A stretch of DNA of 64,000 nt from the NCBI GenBank assembly GCA_963708075.1, contig OY970194.1, positions 64,001-128,000 of the forward strand, given 5' to 3'. A program made the translations under genes and the position numbers. This document shows positions 1-9,302 of this stretch, in pieces. The notes below the pieces were generated by a model. The model was given only the letters and a program-made list of their open reading frames with translations. It ran no database searches and was not told the DNA's origin. Position 1 is the first letter of the stretch. Each line of letters starts with the position of its first letter. Source of the DNA: Sedimentisphaerales bacterium. Lineage in GTDB: Bacteria > Planctomycetota > Phycisphaerae > Sedimentisphaerales > Anaerobacaceae.

Positions 1-1
1 A

Positions 2-307
2 TCGAAGGAGAACGTCGAGAAGAGCGGCGTCGGCAATCTCGCCACTATCCAGCAGAAAGACATCTTCACCCTGGACCTGAGCCCGGCCAACGTCGTCACG
101 CTCTATCTGCTGCCGAGCCTGAACGTGAAGTTGATCCCGCAACTGGAGAAGCTCAAGCCCGGCTGCAGAATCGTTTCGCACGACTTTGACATGCATGGCG
201 TCAAGCCCGATCAGGTTGTTGAAGTGACCTCGGAGAACGGTGCTGAACACACCGTCTATCTCTGGACCACGCCTCTGAAGAAAGAGGCCGAGACATCGAT
301 TGAATGA
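2..307 (+). CDS. Class I SAM-dependent methyltransferase, 3' part (runs off window start)
   Basis: Open frame from base 2: ...IQQKDIFTLDLSPANVVTLYLLPSLNVKLIPQLEKLKPGCRIVSHDFDM, typical C-terminal half of this methyltransferase family. Confidence 0.8.
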   Translation, partial: SKENVEKSGVGNLATIQQKDIFTLDLSPANVVTLYLLPSLNVKLIPQLEKLKPGCRIVSHDFDMHGVKPDQVVEVTSENGAEHTVYLWTTPLKKEAETSIE

Positions 308-346
308 GGCACCACGCTTTTAGTGGTTGAGACTCTATGACGCGCG

Positions 347-386
347 GGGTGGCATCGGCACGGCGAAGGCTTTGCCGATGCCGCCC
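347..386. repeat. Inverted repeat/hairpin between convergent genes (REP-like or terminator)
   Basis: GGGTGGCATCGGCA (347-360) pairs with TGCCGATGCCGCCC (373-386), one G-U pair. Confidence 0.6.
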
Positions 387-433
387 TGACGTTGACCGCA
401 GGCTGCAAAGAACTCAAACGCCGTGGGTATCGG

Positions 434-452
434 CGCCTTATGGCGTCACCAC
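434..452 (-). repeat. Putative GTGG-type REP element
   Basis: Minus strand GTGGTGACGCCATAAGGCG: GTRG head followed by a short GC palindrome, the layout of REP elements. Confidence 0.35.
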
Positions 453-631
453 TGCATTACTCGTCCTCTTATGTGAGCAAGACGAGAATCATGGGGGAAA
501 AAGCCATTCAATGTCTCGCCAAGCCGCATAACAACGCTGGGCTGGAACGCGTAATTCGTGCGTATCCTCAGCGCTTGGCGAGAGCTGACTTTGGTTTCCG
601 CTGAAGGCAGGGCTGGGGGCTCTCGTGCCGT

Positions 632-1951
632 CTACTGTCCGACCTTTGCCACCTCGACCTTGAACACGTGCGTCGGGCCGAGCATGTTCGAGCGAAAGAC
701 GATCCATTTGCCGTCAGGTGTGAACTGGCAGTTCGGCTCCAGCGAATAGTCGTGCCTGGCCAGGTTGACGAGCTTCTCCGCCTCGAAATGTCCGCTCTGG
801 ATCAGAGTCGCCGGGTCACTGGCGCCGCCGGTCACCGGCGGGATCACGTGCGGGCGGAAGAGGTAGACCCACTGACCGTTGTCCGGCGCGGCGACGCTGT
901 GCGGCCCGCCGCCATCGCCGCAGAAGAGCTTCTGGTCGGGGGAGATGTTGAAATGCACCGACCACTCATTCTGCCTGAGGTTGTACCACGTCCGCGTCTT
1001 GCTCTCGATGTTGTAGGATGCGAGCCAGAAGACGCGACTGCGAGGCGTCTGCAGGTCGTACAGGATGCACTTGCCGTCCGGGCTGAAGAACTCGTGCCCG
1101 TTGATTTCCATGTTCATTGTTCGCGGATGGACGTTGGTCAGTCCCGTGTCGTCCGCGCGGATGATCCAGGTCCGGTCCATGAGTTGCCAGGTCCCCTCGT
1201 GACAGAATAGCATCTGATGCGGATCGGTCGGCGAAAATTGCACGTGGTTCAGCCAGGCATGGCTCCGGTTGAACTTGTTGACTTCGCCGGTCTTCAGATC
1301 GAGCGTGACCAGTTCCATATCGCGATCTTTGTTGGGTGTTCCGAAGCCCGGCCGCTGCGATTCGCGCAAGCCCCCGCGTTCAGCGCGTCGGTCGGCTTCT
1401 GAACCGCCCGATGTCCCGGAGGCCGCCGCGTCCGGCCGGTCGCGTGGACCGCCGAATCCCTGCGGCCGCCGCCGGTCGAACGTGCCGCCCGCCAACGTCT
1501 CATTGCAGTTGATATTGGCAATCGACAGCCCCTGGGGGACATCGACAACCTTCTTGTCTTCTCTCGCATTCGGGTCGACAGCCCAGATCGCCGCACCCTG
1601 GTCGCCTCTCGACAGGTAATAGGCCCGGCCCGTCTTACGGCCGATGCAGATCAAACCGGTTCGCCCGGATCGGATCTGCTCGATCGCGTGCGTCTGCAGG
1701 TCCACCGTGTACAGGCCCGTCGGCGAGGTGAAGACCAGCTTCCTGCCGTCGGGGGTGAACTCATTCTGATGGAAGTAGGAACTCTGGCTGCCGTCCTCGC
1801 GCGACAGCCGGATAACGCGATGTCCCGTATTCGGATCGATCCAGTCGGTCGGAAGGTCGCCTCGGGCACTGACGCAAATACCCGCCGGCATCATTACGGA
1901 AACCACCAAAAGCCTGCTCCAGGCGTACATTCTCATTTGCCCTCCATTCAT
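632..1951 (-). CDS. Oligogalacturonate lyase family beta-propeller protein, exported
   Basis: Signal-peptide-like N terminus; WIDPNTGHRVIRLS, YFHQNEFTPDG, WLNHVQFSPTDP, FCHEG, GHEFFSPDG motifs. Confidence 0.8.
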   Translation of the reverse strand: MNGGQMRMYAWSRLLVVSVMMPAGICVSARGDLPTDWIDPNTGHRVIRLSREDGSQSSYFHQNEFTPDGRKLVFTSPTGLYTVDLQTHAIEQIRSGRTGLICIGRKTGRAYYLSRGDQGAAIWAVDPNAREDKKVVDVPQGLSIANINCNETLAGGTFDRRRPQGFGGPRDRPDAAASGTSGGSEADRRAERGGLRESQRPGFGTPNKDRDMELVTLDLKTGEVNKFNRSHAWLNHVQFSPTDPHQMLFCHEGTWQLMDRTWIIRADDTGLTNVHPRTMNMEINGHEFFSPDGKCILYDLQTPRSRVFWLASYNIESKTRTWYNLRQNEWSVHFNISPDQKLFCGDGGGPHSVAAPDNGQWVYLFRPHVIPPVTGGASDPATLIQSGHFEAEKLVNLARHDYSLEPNCQFTPDGKWIVFRSNMLGPTHVFKVEVAKVGQ

Positions 1952-2078
1952 TCGTTAATCCCGTTCCAACAATGCTCAAGCCGTCCATCTGTCCGGCCGA
2001 TCTCCAGGGTCTTCCAGATTTCCCCGGGATTTTCACCTCCGGCGGCATCAAGATCAAGGAGATTGCTTTGTGATCTTC

Positions 2079-2107
2079 TTGCAATCCCGGCTGGTTTCGT
2101 GTAGGGT
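2079..2107 (+). promoter_or_regulatory. Putative sigma70 promoter for the tRNA
   Basis: TTGCAA-17 nt-TAGGGT about 46 nt upstream of the tRNA. Confidence 0.4.
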
Positions 2108-2153
2108 AAGCAGGAGTTGATCAGAACGTGATTTGCGTTCAGAGTCGGGTATT

Positions 2154-2227
<74 letters not shown>

Positions 2228-2371
2228 TTTGCCTTTTGTTAATGACAGGCGGTGCCAGGCGGGCCGTTTCAGTGTCTAAGTCTCGGTTGGTCATGCCTTT
2301 ATGACTCGCTGTTGTCTCTGGCTCGTGAGGATGAACCATGCCATCTGACGACAACCCACTATACCCAGAGC

Positions 2372-2557
2372 ATGCCATATGTGTCAAAGCAGGTGTCGAA
2401 CATGATGAACGATGCATACCGTAAGTCGCGAGGCACGAACAAGCCGTTCAGCGGCTCGGAAGAACAGGCCAAGGCGATCTGGAATGAGCGGATTCGAAGG
2501 GAAAAGTATCACTACAGAAAGCCAAATCCCACGCCCGAGGCCACACCGAAAGGGTGA
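2372..2557 (+). CDS. Small hypothetical protein
   Basis: 61-aa ORF MPYVSKQVSN...TPKG; no recognisable family, start uncertain. Confidence 0.25.
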   Translation: MPYVSKQVSNMMNDAYRKSRGTNKPFSGSEEQAKAIWNERIRREKYHYRKPNPTPEATPKG

Positions 2558-2639
2558 GGTTATCTCGTCATGACGGCCGGTCCCAGAACCGTGAGAAGTC
2601 ACATCGCCGGGTGGCAACGCGGAAGATGGCGGAGAGTCG

Positions 2640-3341
2640 TTAGATGATGGTCACCTGGACGGGGCTTTCGATGATCCCCGCCGCGATGGCGTAGCGCGTG
2701 AGCCCCGCGGTGTCGTGGAGGTCCAACTTGCTCATGAGATGCTGCCGATGCTTCTCCACCGTCTTGACGCTGATGCCAAGTTCCCTTGCGACTTGTTTGT
2801 TGGCTTGGCCTTCAGCAATCAGTTGCAGCACCTCCGCTTCGCGCGAACTCAAGGCAATTGTTTTCTTCTTGATCGCTCCACGCCCATCTGGCAATTCCAA
2901 AGAAAGACTGTGCAGTCGATTGGCAATGGAGGGACTGAAGAATGTGTTTCCCTTTTGGACTTCCCGGATCGCCCGGGACAGGAGATCGGCGGACGTTTGT
3001 TTGATCAGATATCCCGCCGCACCCAACATGACTACTTGCCGGATGTACTCGTCATCACCATGCGCGGAGAGTATGAGCACCCTGGTGGCGGGGACGGCCT
3101 TCAGAATTCGCCGGGTGGCTTCCAGACCATTGAGCAGCGGCATCGCGATGTCCATGAGGACCACGGCGGGGCGAAGTCTCTTGACCAGTTGAATCGCTTG
3201 ACGGCCGGTTTCCGCCTCGCCGACCACCTCGATATCCCCTTCGGCCTTCAGTAATGCCCGAATCCCCTCTCGGACGATCATGTGATCGTCAGCCAGCAAG
3301 ACGGTAATCTGCTCCATAGAAACCGGCCCTGTAGAATCCAT
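2640..3341 (-). CDS. NarL/LuxR-family DNA-binding response regulator
   Basis: Receiver VLLADDH...VVLMDIAMPLLNG...K; C-terminal HTH LSSREAEVLQLIAEGQANKQVARELGISVKTVEKHR; start 3341 or 3317. Confidence 0.93.
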   Translation of the reverse strand: MDSTGPVSMEQITVLLADDHMIVREGIRALLKAEGDIEVVGEAETGRQAIQLVKRLRPAVVLMDIAMPLLNGLEATRRILKAVPATRVLILSAHGDDEYIRQVVMLGAAGYLIKQTSADLLSRAIREVQKGNTFFSPSIANRLHSLSLELPDGRGAIKKKTIALSSREAEVLQLIAEGQANKQVARELGISVKTVEKHRQHLMSKLDLHDTAGLTRYAIAAGIIESPVQVTII

Positions 3342-3348
3342 GAGAAGT

Positions 3349-4488
3349 CTAATCCCGTGTACCGTTGGCGAACGGAATCTCCGCTCGGATCGTGGTGCCT
3401 TTGCCGGGTGAGGATTCGACGGCAAAGCGGCCGCCGACCATCTCCACTCGCTCGCGCATGCCGAGCAGCCCCAGACCTTTGTTCCTTCTGGTGGGCAATA
3501 CACCTTGCACCTGAAAGGATTTGCCGTTGTCTTTGATTTCCATGCGAATGGCATCCCGGAGTTTTTGGATGCTCACTTTCACCAGAGTGGCTTGCGCATG
3601 CCTGGCGACGTTGGCGAGCGCTTCCTGGGCGACGCGATAGAGCACCGTTCGCTTGACGCTGTCCAATTGTTCAGTCCTGCCGCGAGTAAAGCTCGTGAAC
3701 TGAATGGGGATGCCCATCTGTCTCGCAAAGTCCTTCATATACGAATGGAGGGCGGGAATCAGCCCCAGGTCGTCCAGCGCCGGCGGGCGCAATTGGCCGG
3801 CAAACCGATGCACGATGTTCACCGACTTCTCCACCAGCCTCTGCGTGCGGGCGATCTTCTTCTTGACGTCTTTCGTGTTGGCCGTAACCTCCTTTTTCAA
3901 CGTCGCCAGATGGAGATTGACTCCCGTCAAGACCTGCGCAACTTCATCATGAAGCTCGCGGCTGATCCTCCTTCGTTCTTCCTCCTGGGCAGACAGAATC
4001 TGGCGGGACAGATGCCGCAGATGCTCCTCCATACGACGCGACTGCTCCAAGAGCTGGCTGGAGTGCTGCTCACTTTTCCTGAGGGCTTTCTCTACGGCAT
4101 GGCGCCGGATGATTTCCTGTTTCAACTGCCGATTTGCAGCAGCCAACTCCACGGTACGCTGGCGTAGCGTCCGGTTCAGTTCATTCAGGCGGACGTTGGC
4201 CTCCATCGTGATCTGATGAGTCTTCTCAATCGGCGTGACTGCCTTGATAAAGAAAGCCTGCGCCCGTTTGACCACGCCGTCTCTGGTTCCGGAGGAGTTG
4301 CTCGGCGACACCAGTGCAATTATCGCTTGCTCGTGGATCCTGGCCAGGTCCAGTGTCTCCAGCCCCATGGTCAGGGCTTGGCGTCCCAGCCTATCGGCGG
4401 ACTGCGGGCTCGCCCGCGGCTCTCGTTCGAGGTGTTCTTGCAGTGCTACCTGATATCGTCGCGACAAGCCGGTCATCTTGGTTTCCAT
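3349..4488 (-). CDS. Soluble HisKA_3 sensor histidine kinase with RsbU_N-like N-terminal domain
   Basis: H-box EEERRRISRELHDEVAQ, N-box QEALANVARHA, DNGKSF, GLGLLGMRER, PGKGT; no TM segment; N terminus YQVALQEHL...ADRLGRQAL..GLETLDLARIHEQAI resembles the RsbU N-terminal domain. Confidence 0.9.
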   Translation of the reverse strand: METKMTGLSRRYQVALQEHLEREPRASPQSADRLGRQALTMGLETLDLARIHEQAIIALVSPSNSSGTRDGVVKRAQAFFIKAVTPIEKTHQITMEANVRLNELNRTLRQRTVELAAANRQLKQEIIRRHAVEKALRKSEQHSSQLLEQSRRMEEHLRHLSRQILSAQEEERRRISRELHDEVAQVLTGVNLHLATLKKEVTANTKDVKKKIARTQRLVEKSVNIVHRFAGQLRPPALDDLGLIPALHSYMKDFARQMGIPIQFTSFTRGRTEQLDSVKRTVLYRVAQEALANVARHAQATLVKVSIQKLRDAIRMEIKDNGKSFQVQGVLPTRRNKGLGLLGMRERVEMVGGRFAVESSPGKGTTIRAEIPFANGTRD

Positions 4489-4590
4489 AAGCCACCCCGA
4501 ATCTACGCGCTACCGTCTGGGCAAGCATCCGGTTTTGTCCCGCCGTCAGGGATGCCCGACCCTCTGTTGGCGAGCCACGAATACGCTGGC

Positions 4591-4635
4591 ATTATCTGAC
4601 TTTTGTCTCCATCTGTCTATAGGGTGAAACCCGAC
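4591..4635 (-). promoter_or_regulatory. Regulon box P1 plus -10, facing the kinase/regulator operon
   Basis: Minus strand GTCGGGTTTCACCCTATAG; GATAAT begins 38 nt after the first T of the box. Confidence 0.7.
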
Positions 4636-4652
4636 TCACCCGATAGTACCGG

Positions 4653-4697
4653 GTAGGGTTTTACCTTATGGAGAACAGCCATCCGATGGCGTAGCGT
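4653..4697 (+). promoter_or_regulatory. Regulon box P2 plus -10, upstream of mlaE-like operon
   Basis: GTAGGGTTTTACCTTATGG; TAGCGT at +38. Confidence 0.7.
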
Positions 4698-4809
4698 ATG
4701 TCTCATGGAAAACCCAGGAATCGACCAGCAGGTCGAAACCGCACGGACGCTTAGGAAACAAGTGACTATCCTATTCGGCTTTACGGCGAGCAGGTGATTG
4801 TGAACTGAG

Positions 4810-5657
4810 ATGCACACTATGTTCGCAGGGCTAACCGAAGTGGTGAGTGGGTTTCAGAGAACACTGATGCGTGTGATTGGCGAATTAGGGGAGATGGCTT
4901 GGGCGCAGTGGGATGAGCTGCGCCATGCGGCGGCGGTGATTGGAACCGTGCTCTACGTTTGTGTTCGGCCGCGATATTGGGTGCGCACGGTGCGACGAGC
5001 GTTTGTGCGGCAGATCGTGGCGATCGGCGTTGAGGCGGTCGGGTTTGTTGGCGGGGTGGCGGTCTTTGTCGGAATCACGGTGGTGGTGCAACTGGTGTTC
5101 TGGGTCGGGGAGGTGGGACAGTCACAAATGCTCGGGCCGCTGCTAGTGGCCGTTGTGGCCCGCGAACTCGGCCCGGTGCTGATCAGCCTCGTGGTGATCG
5201 TTCGCAGCGGCAGTGTGATGGCGACGGAATTGGGAATCATGAAGATCGGCGGGCGGGTTCACGTGCTCGAGGCGCAGGGAATCTCGCCGTTCCTCTATCT
5301 CGTCATGCCGCGAGTGCTGGGCGCAGCCGTGTCCACGTTTTGCCTGACGATCGTCTTTATTCTGGTCGCGCTTGCGAGCGGGTATTTGTTCGGGGCGACG
5401 GTGGGGCAAGGCAGCCGTGATTTGCCGTTATTTGCGGACACCGTGTCGCACGCAGTTCATCCCAAAGACGTGCTCGCCATCCTCAGCAAGAGCATTCTGC
5501 CCGGCCTGTTTGCCAGCGCGTCGTGTTGCATCGGCGGGCTGGGCGTCGACGGGTCGCTGACCGAAGTTCCGCAGGCTGCGCAACGTGCGCCGTGCGCTCC
5601 GTTGCTGGATTGTTTGTGATTTCCACGGTGGTGTCACTCTTGACGTATATCGGATGA
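4810..5657 (+). CDS. mlaE: MlaE-like ABC permease (frameshift near 5585)
   Basis: ARELGPVLISLVVIVRSGSVMATELGIMK...LVMPRVLG; last TM helix (RSVAGLFVISTVVSLLTYIG*) is in another frame. Confidence 0.8.
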
Positions 5658-6367
5658 TGAACGAACCGATCGACATCCTGAGATTCCACGACGTGACGAT
5701 CGCGGCGGACCTCGAGGACGAATCGGGCATCTCCAGCCTGAATTTATCTCTCGCGCCCGGCGATCTGACCGTGGTGTTGTGGGAGACGGAAGAAGTCCGC
5801 ATCCCGCTGGCGGACGTCGCCGAGGGGTTAGTCGCGCCAGTGCAGGGAACGGTCGCGTTCCTCGGCGAAGACTGGCAAACGATGGCGGCGGACCGCGCGG
5901 CCGCACAGCGCGGCAAGATCGGGCGCGTGTTCGAGGGGGGAAGCTGGCTCAGTGGTCTCAACGTGGATCAGAACATCACGCTGGCGCAGCGGCATCACAC
6001 GCGCCGCCCCGTCCAGGAGATCGAGCAGGAGGCGACCGATCTGTGCCGAGTCTTCGGCCTGCCGGGGTTGCCGCGCGATCGGCCCTCGAACGCGCGATGG
6101 CAGGACCTGCAAAAGGCCGCCTATGTGCGCGCGTTTCTCGGCGCGCCCATCCTGATTCTCCTTGAAAACCCCACGGTCGGGATCTACGCTGATGTCATCG
6201 CGCCACTGATCAGCACGGTTCGCGAGGCTCGCGAACGGGGTGCAGCGGTGTTATGGACGACGAATGAACTCCAGGTTTGGAACAATCCCGCTCTGCACGC
6301 GACCTCGCGGTGGCGAATGCTCGGCTCGCCGATGGGCATGATCGAAGAGGTAGAAGAGGCGACCTGA
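5654..6367 (+). CDS. MlaF-like ABC ATP-binding subunit with degenerate motifs
   Basis: ABC scaffold (GLVAPVQGTVAFLG, LNVDQNITL, ILILLENPT) between mlaE and mlaD, but no Walker A or LSGGQ. Confidence 0.7.
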   Translation: MMNEPIDILRFHDVTIAADLEDESGISSLNLSLAPGDLTVVLWETEEVRIPLADVAEGLVAPVQGTVAFLGEDWQTMAADRAAAQRGKIGRVFEGGSWLSGLNVDQNITLAQRHHTRRPVQEIEQEATDLCRVFGLPGLPRDRPSNARWQDLQKAAYVRAFLGAPILILLENPTVGIYADVIAPLISTVREARERGAAVLWTTNELQVWNNPALHATSRWRMLGSPMGMIEEVEEAT

Positions 6368-7329
6368 TGAAACAGCGTTTCAAATTTCGGCACGTGAACG
6401 AGATCACCGGTACATTCGTCATCCTCGTCGTGTTGGTGCTGATCGCCGCCATCGTGTGGACGGCATACAACCAGCGATGGTTCAGACGCACCGTCACGCT
6501 GCGGATCGTTCTGCCCGAGGCGGGTGCAGCGGGCATCCGGCAGGGCTCGGAAGTGTACTTCCTGGGCACGCTCGTGGGAACGGTTTCCGATGTCGTTGTC
6601 GCTGCGACCGGTCGCATGGAAGCCCGGACCAGCATTCGTAGCGACTTCTTCCGATTCGTGCGCGAGGATTCGTTTGCGGTCGTCAAGAAGAAATTCGGCG
6701 TGGCGGGCGATGCGTATTTTGACATCACGCGTGGCGAGGGCCAGCCTTTGCCCAAGAAGAACGCCTCCATCGTCTGCAAGGAGTTGCCAGGCACGTTGGA
6801 AGCTACGATTGAGGAAGCCCGCCGTGCCGTGTTGCCTGTTTTGGAGAGACTGAGCGTGGGCCTCGACACATGGACCACGCTCGGTGAGAACCTGAGCACC
6901 GGCGCGGGCGCGTGGACGAGGCTGGGCACGGATCTGGGCGAGTCCCGGCAGCACTTGGATCAACTTATCGCCCGCGTTGACGGTCTTGCCGCGGGGGTCG
7001 AGCAGGGCAAAGGCACAGCCGGTAAGCTTCTGACCGATCCCGCTATCGCGGACGAGTTGAAGACCATCCTCGACAAAGGCAACGCATCCATGGATCAACT
7101 CCAGGGCATTCTGAAAGACGTGCAGGTCGCCGGCGCCGATCTGTCTGTGGTTAGCGAGGCCCTTGCCGTAGAGGCCAAGGATCTCCCCGGGCTGGTTTTG
7201 CAGACGCAGCAGACGTTGCACGAGCTGGAGAGACTGATCGAAGGGATCGAAAGACATTGGCTGATCCGCAAGTACATCGAGCAGCGACAACCGAACACAC
7301 GCATCCCACCCAGTGAGGTCGTGCCATGA
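6367..7329 (+). CDS. mlaD: MlaD/MCE-domain protein
   Basis: N-terminal TM, AAGIRQGSEVYFLGTLVGTV MCE motif, helical tail GKGTAGKLLTD. Confidence 0.85.
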   Translation: MKQRFKFRHVNEITGTFVILVVLVLIAAIVWTAYNQRWFRRTVTLRIVLPEAGAAGIRQGSEVYFLGTLVGTVSDVVVAATGRMEARTSIRSDFFRFVREDSFAVVKKKFGVAGDAYFDITRGEGQPLPKKNASIVCKELPGTLEATIEEARRAVLPVLERLSVGLDTWTTLGENLSTGAGAWTRLGTDLGESRQHLDQLIARVDGLAAGVEQGKGTAGKLLTDPAIADELKTILDKGNASMDQLQGILKDVQVAGADLSVVSEALAVEAKDLPGLVLQTQQTLHELERLIEGIERHWLIRKYIEQRQPNTRIPPSEVVP

Positions 7330-8112
7330 GAAGGTTCTTCATCGCCCTGACTCTTCTGACGCTGGTCGGCTGCGCCACCTCGCCGACTTCGACTGTGCCA
7401 CCTAAAGACAAGGAACTTTCGCGGACCAGCCACCTCGCCCGCGCCGCATTCGAAGACGGTGCGACCGCCCAGGCCATCGATCTTTACAGGAAAGCACTGA
7501 ACCGGGCGATCGCTATGGACGATGCCACGGAGATCGGCAACGCCGCCTACAACCTCGCGCTTTGCCACATCATCCTGGGACAACTCGATCAGGCGAGTGC
7601 CTCGCTCGCCGAGGCCAAGGCGGAGGTCAAACGCAGCGGAAGCAATCCCGCCGACGTGCTGCTGTTGGAGGCAACGGTCGCTCAACGGCAAGGCAAACTG
7701 GAGCAGGCGCTGTCGCTGGTCGACCAGGTGCTGTCGGCATCATCCGACGAAAGCCATCGCTTTCAAGCGGCGTTGCTGAAGGGGACCATTGCCTGCGCAA
7801 GACGACCCGGCGAGTGCCAGGGCCGCGCTGGTCGAGGCGGACAAGCATCACATCACCAATGCCGCACTGCTGGCCGCCAGGGAACGACTCGCCGGAAACA
7901 TCTTCTTGCTGGAGGGGAATCCGGCCGAGGCCGCAGCGGCGTTTGACCGTGCAGCGGTCTTGTTCCAAAAGGCGAGACACTATCGCGACATGGCGCTCAC
8001 TTTGCGGCGAGCAGGCGAAGCGTATCGGGAGGCAGGCGACACGCAACGCGCAGAGGACCGGCTGTCTCGCGCCGAGCGCAGCCTGACCGCCCAGGGGGAG
8101 AACGCGGAATGA
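7326..8112 (+). CDS. TPR-like lipoprotein (frameshift near 7795)
   Basis: Lipobox LVGC; Ala-rich TPR-like helices continue in ORF 7789..8112. Confidence 0.7.
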
Positions 8113-8268
8113 GCTCATCGCAAGCCTTCCCTCCTCGTCGCGGGCAATAACGTGACCAGCCACCAGGTGCTGAACCTCCATCTCTTACGTCAGGACCACG
8201 GTGTCACGGCCTGTGGAACTCTCCCGGCGGCCGGGTCCCTTTCCGGGGAGCGAGACCAACAATCCCGG

Positions 8269-8313
8269 GTAGGGTTACACCCCATAGGAAAGGACCGACT
8301 CATGGCGTACCCT
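8269..8313 (+). promoter_or_regulatory. Regulon box P3 plus -10
   Basis: GTAGGGTTACACCCCATAG; TACCCT at +38. Confidence 0.75.
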
Positions 8314-8475
8314 GGTTTATGAAAAACATAACAGCGAAAACACAGAAGGCTGGAGAACCAGATGACCGTGGAGGAAACCAGGAACAAGGAGGGTCCCTGA
8401 TCGCTGCCGGCTGGTGACGGAGGCGCCAGCCAGCGGTGAACCATGGCCGATTGAAAGGAGAATCCCGTGTTTTGA

Positions 8476-8616
8476 ATGACTGCCGCCATACTGGTATTCC
8501 TGTGGCTGCTGGGGCTGGCGAGCGGTCACACCGTGGGAGGATTCATTCATCTCCTGCTGGTACTTGTTCTTATCGTGGTGCTCATCGGGATCGTTGATGG
8601 GCGACGACCCGTGTAA
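8476..8616 (+). CDS. lmo0937-family small membrane protein, copy 1 (not in ORF track)
   Basis: MTAAILVFLWLLGLASGHTVGGFIHLLLVLVLIVVLIGIVDGRRPV*; RBS GAAAGGAG precedes GTG TTT TGA ATG at 8467. Confidence 0.75.
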   Translation: MTAAILVFLWLLGLASGHTVGGFIHLLLVLVLIVVLIGIVDGRRPV

Positions 8617-8717
8617 GAAGCGGCTGTGCAACCGCGCTCGTTGCGATGTTTCGCGCGGCAGGCAAGCCAAATATCGACAATCAGGCACATCGGCTGTTAC
8701 ACTCTAAGGAGGTTCAC

Positions 8718-9188
8718 ATGAAAGGTAACACGAAGATCATTGACGTGCTCAATGCGCTTTTGAGCGATGAGCTTACGGCGATCAACGAGTACATGGTACA
8801 TTCCGAGATGTGTGCCAACTGGGGCTACGACCGCCTGCATAAAGCCGTCGAAAAGCGGGCCGTCGATGAGATGAAGCACGCGGAGAAGCTGATCGGAAGG
8901 ATTCTGTTCCTGGAGGGCACGCCGGTCGTCAGCGAGCTGAAGACGATCCGTATCGGTTCCGACGTTCCCAAGCAGTTTGCCAACGATCTGGCCGCCGAGA
9001 TGACGGCGATTAAGAACTACAACGCGGCGATTTCCGTAGCAACTGACGTTGGCGATAACGCGACCCGAGAAATGCTGGAGGGGATCCTCAAGGAGGAAGA
9101 CGGTCACGTGGACAAGATCGAGGAGAACGTGGATCAAATCGATCAGATGGGCGTCCAGAACTTCCTGGCAACGCAGGCAAGAGAATAA
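8718..9188 (+). CDS. bfr: Bacterioferritin
   Basis: MKGNTKIIDVLNALLSDELTAINEY...DEMKHAEKLIGRILFLEG...EEDGH; ferroxidase residues and heme Met present; RBS TAAGGAGG. Confidence 0.95.
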   Translation: MKGNTKIIDVLNALLSDELTAINEYMVHSEMCANWGYDRLHKAVEKRAVDEMKHAEKLIGRILFLEGTPVVSELKTIRIGSDVPKQFANDLAAEMTAIKNYNAAISVATDVGDNATREMLEGILKEEDGHVDKIEENVDQIDQMGVQNFLATQARE

Positions 9189-9302
9189 GCACCCAAGGCT
9201 TGCTCGGACGTACAGCTAAGGAGAAGGTCAAGACTGTATGCGTGAGAAGGTGACGAAGCAGTGCTAGGGCAAGGAGAGACTCTCAGCACGGCAGAGCTGT
9301 GA

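Noticed and set aside
2101..2107. GTAGGGT as a regulon box
   Set aside because: Lacks the second half-site; better explained as the -10 of the tRNA promoter
8473..8475. TGA recoded as Trp or Sec
   Set aside because: TGA ends many genes in this window and TGG is used normally; no SECIS-like context recognised
9189..9302. Mg-sensing riboswitch or mgtL leader before mgtA
   Set aside because: Short spacer with no Pro-rich leader or recognisable M-box structure
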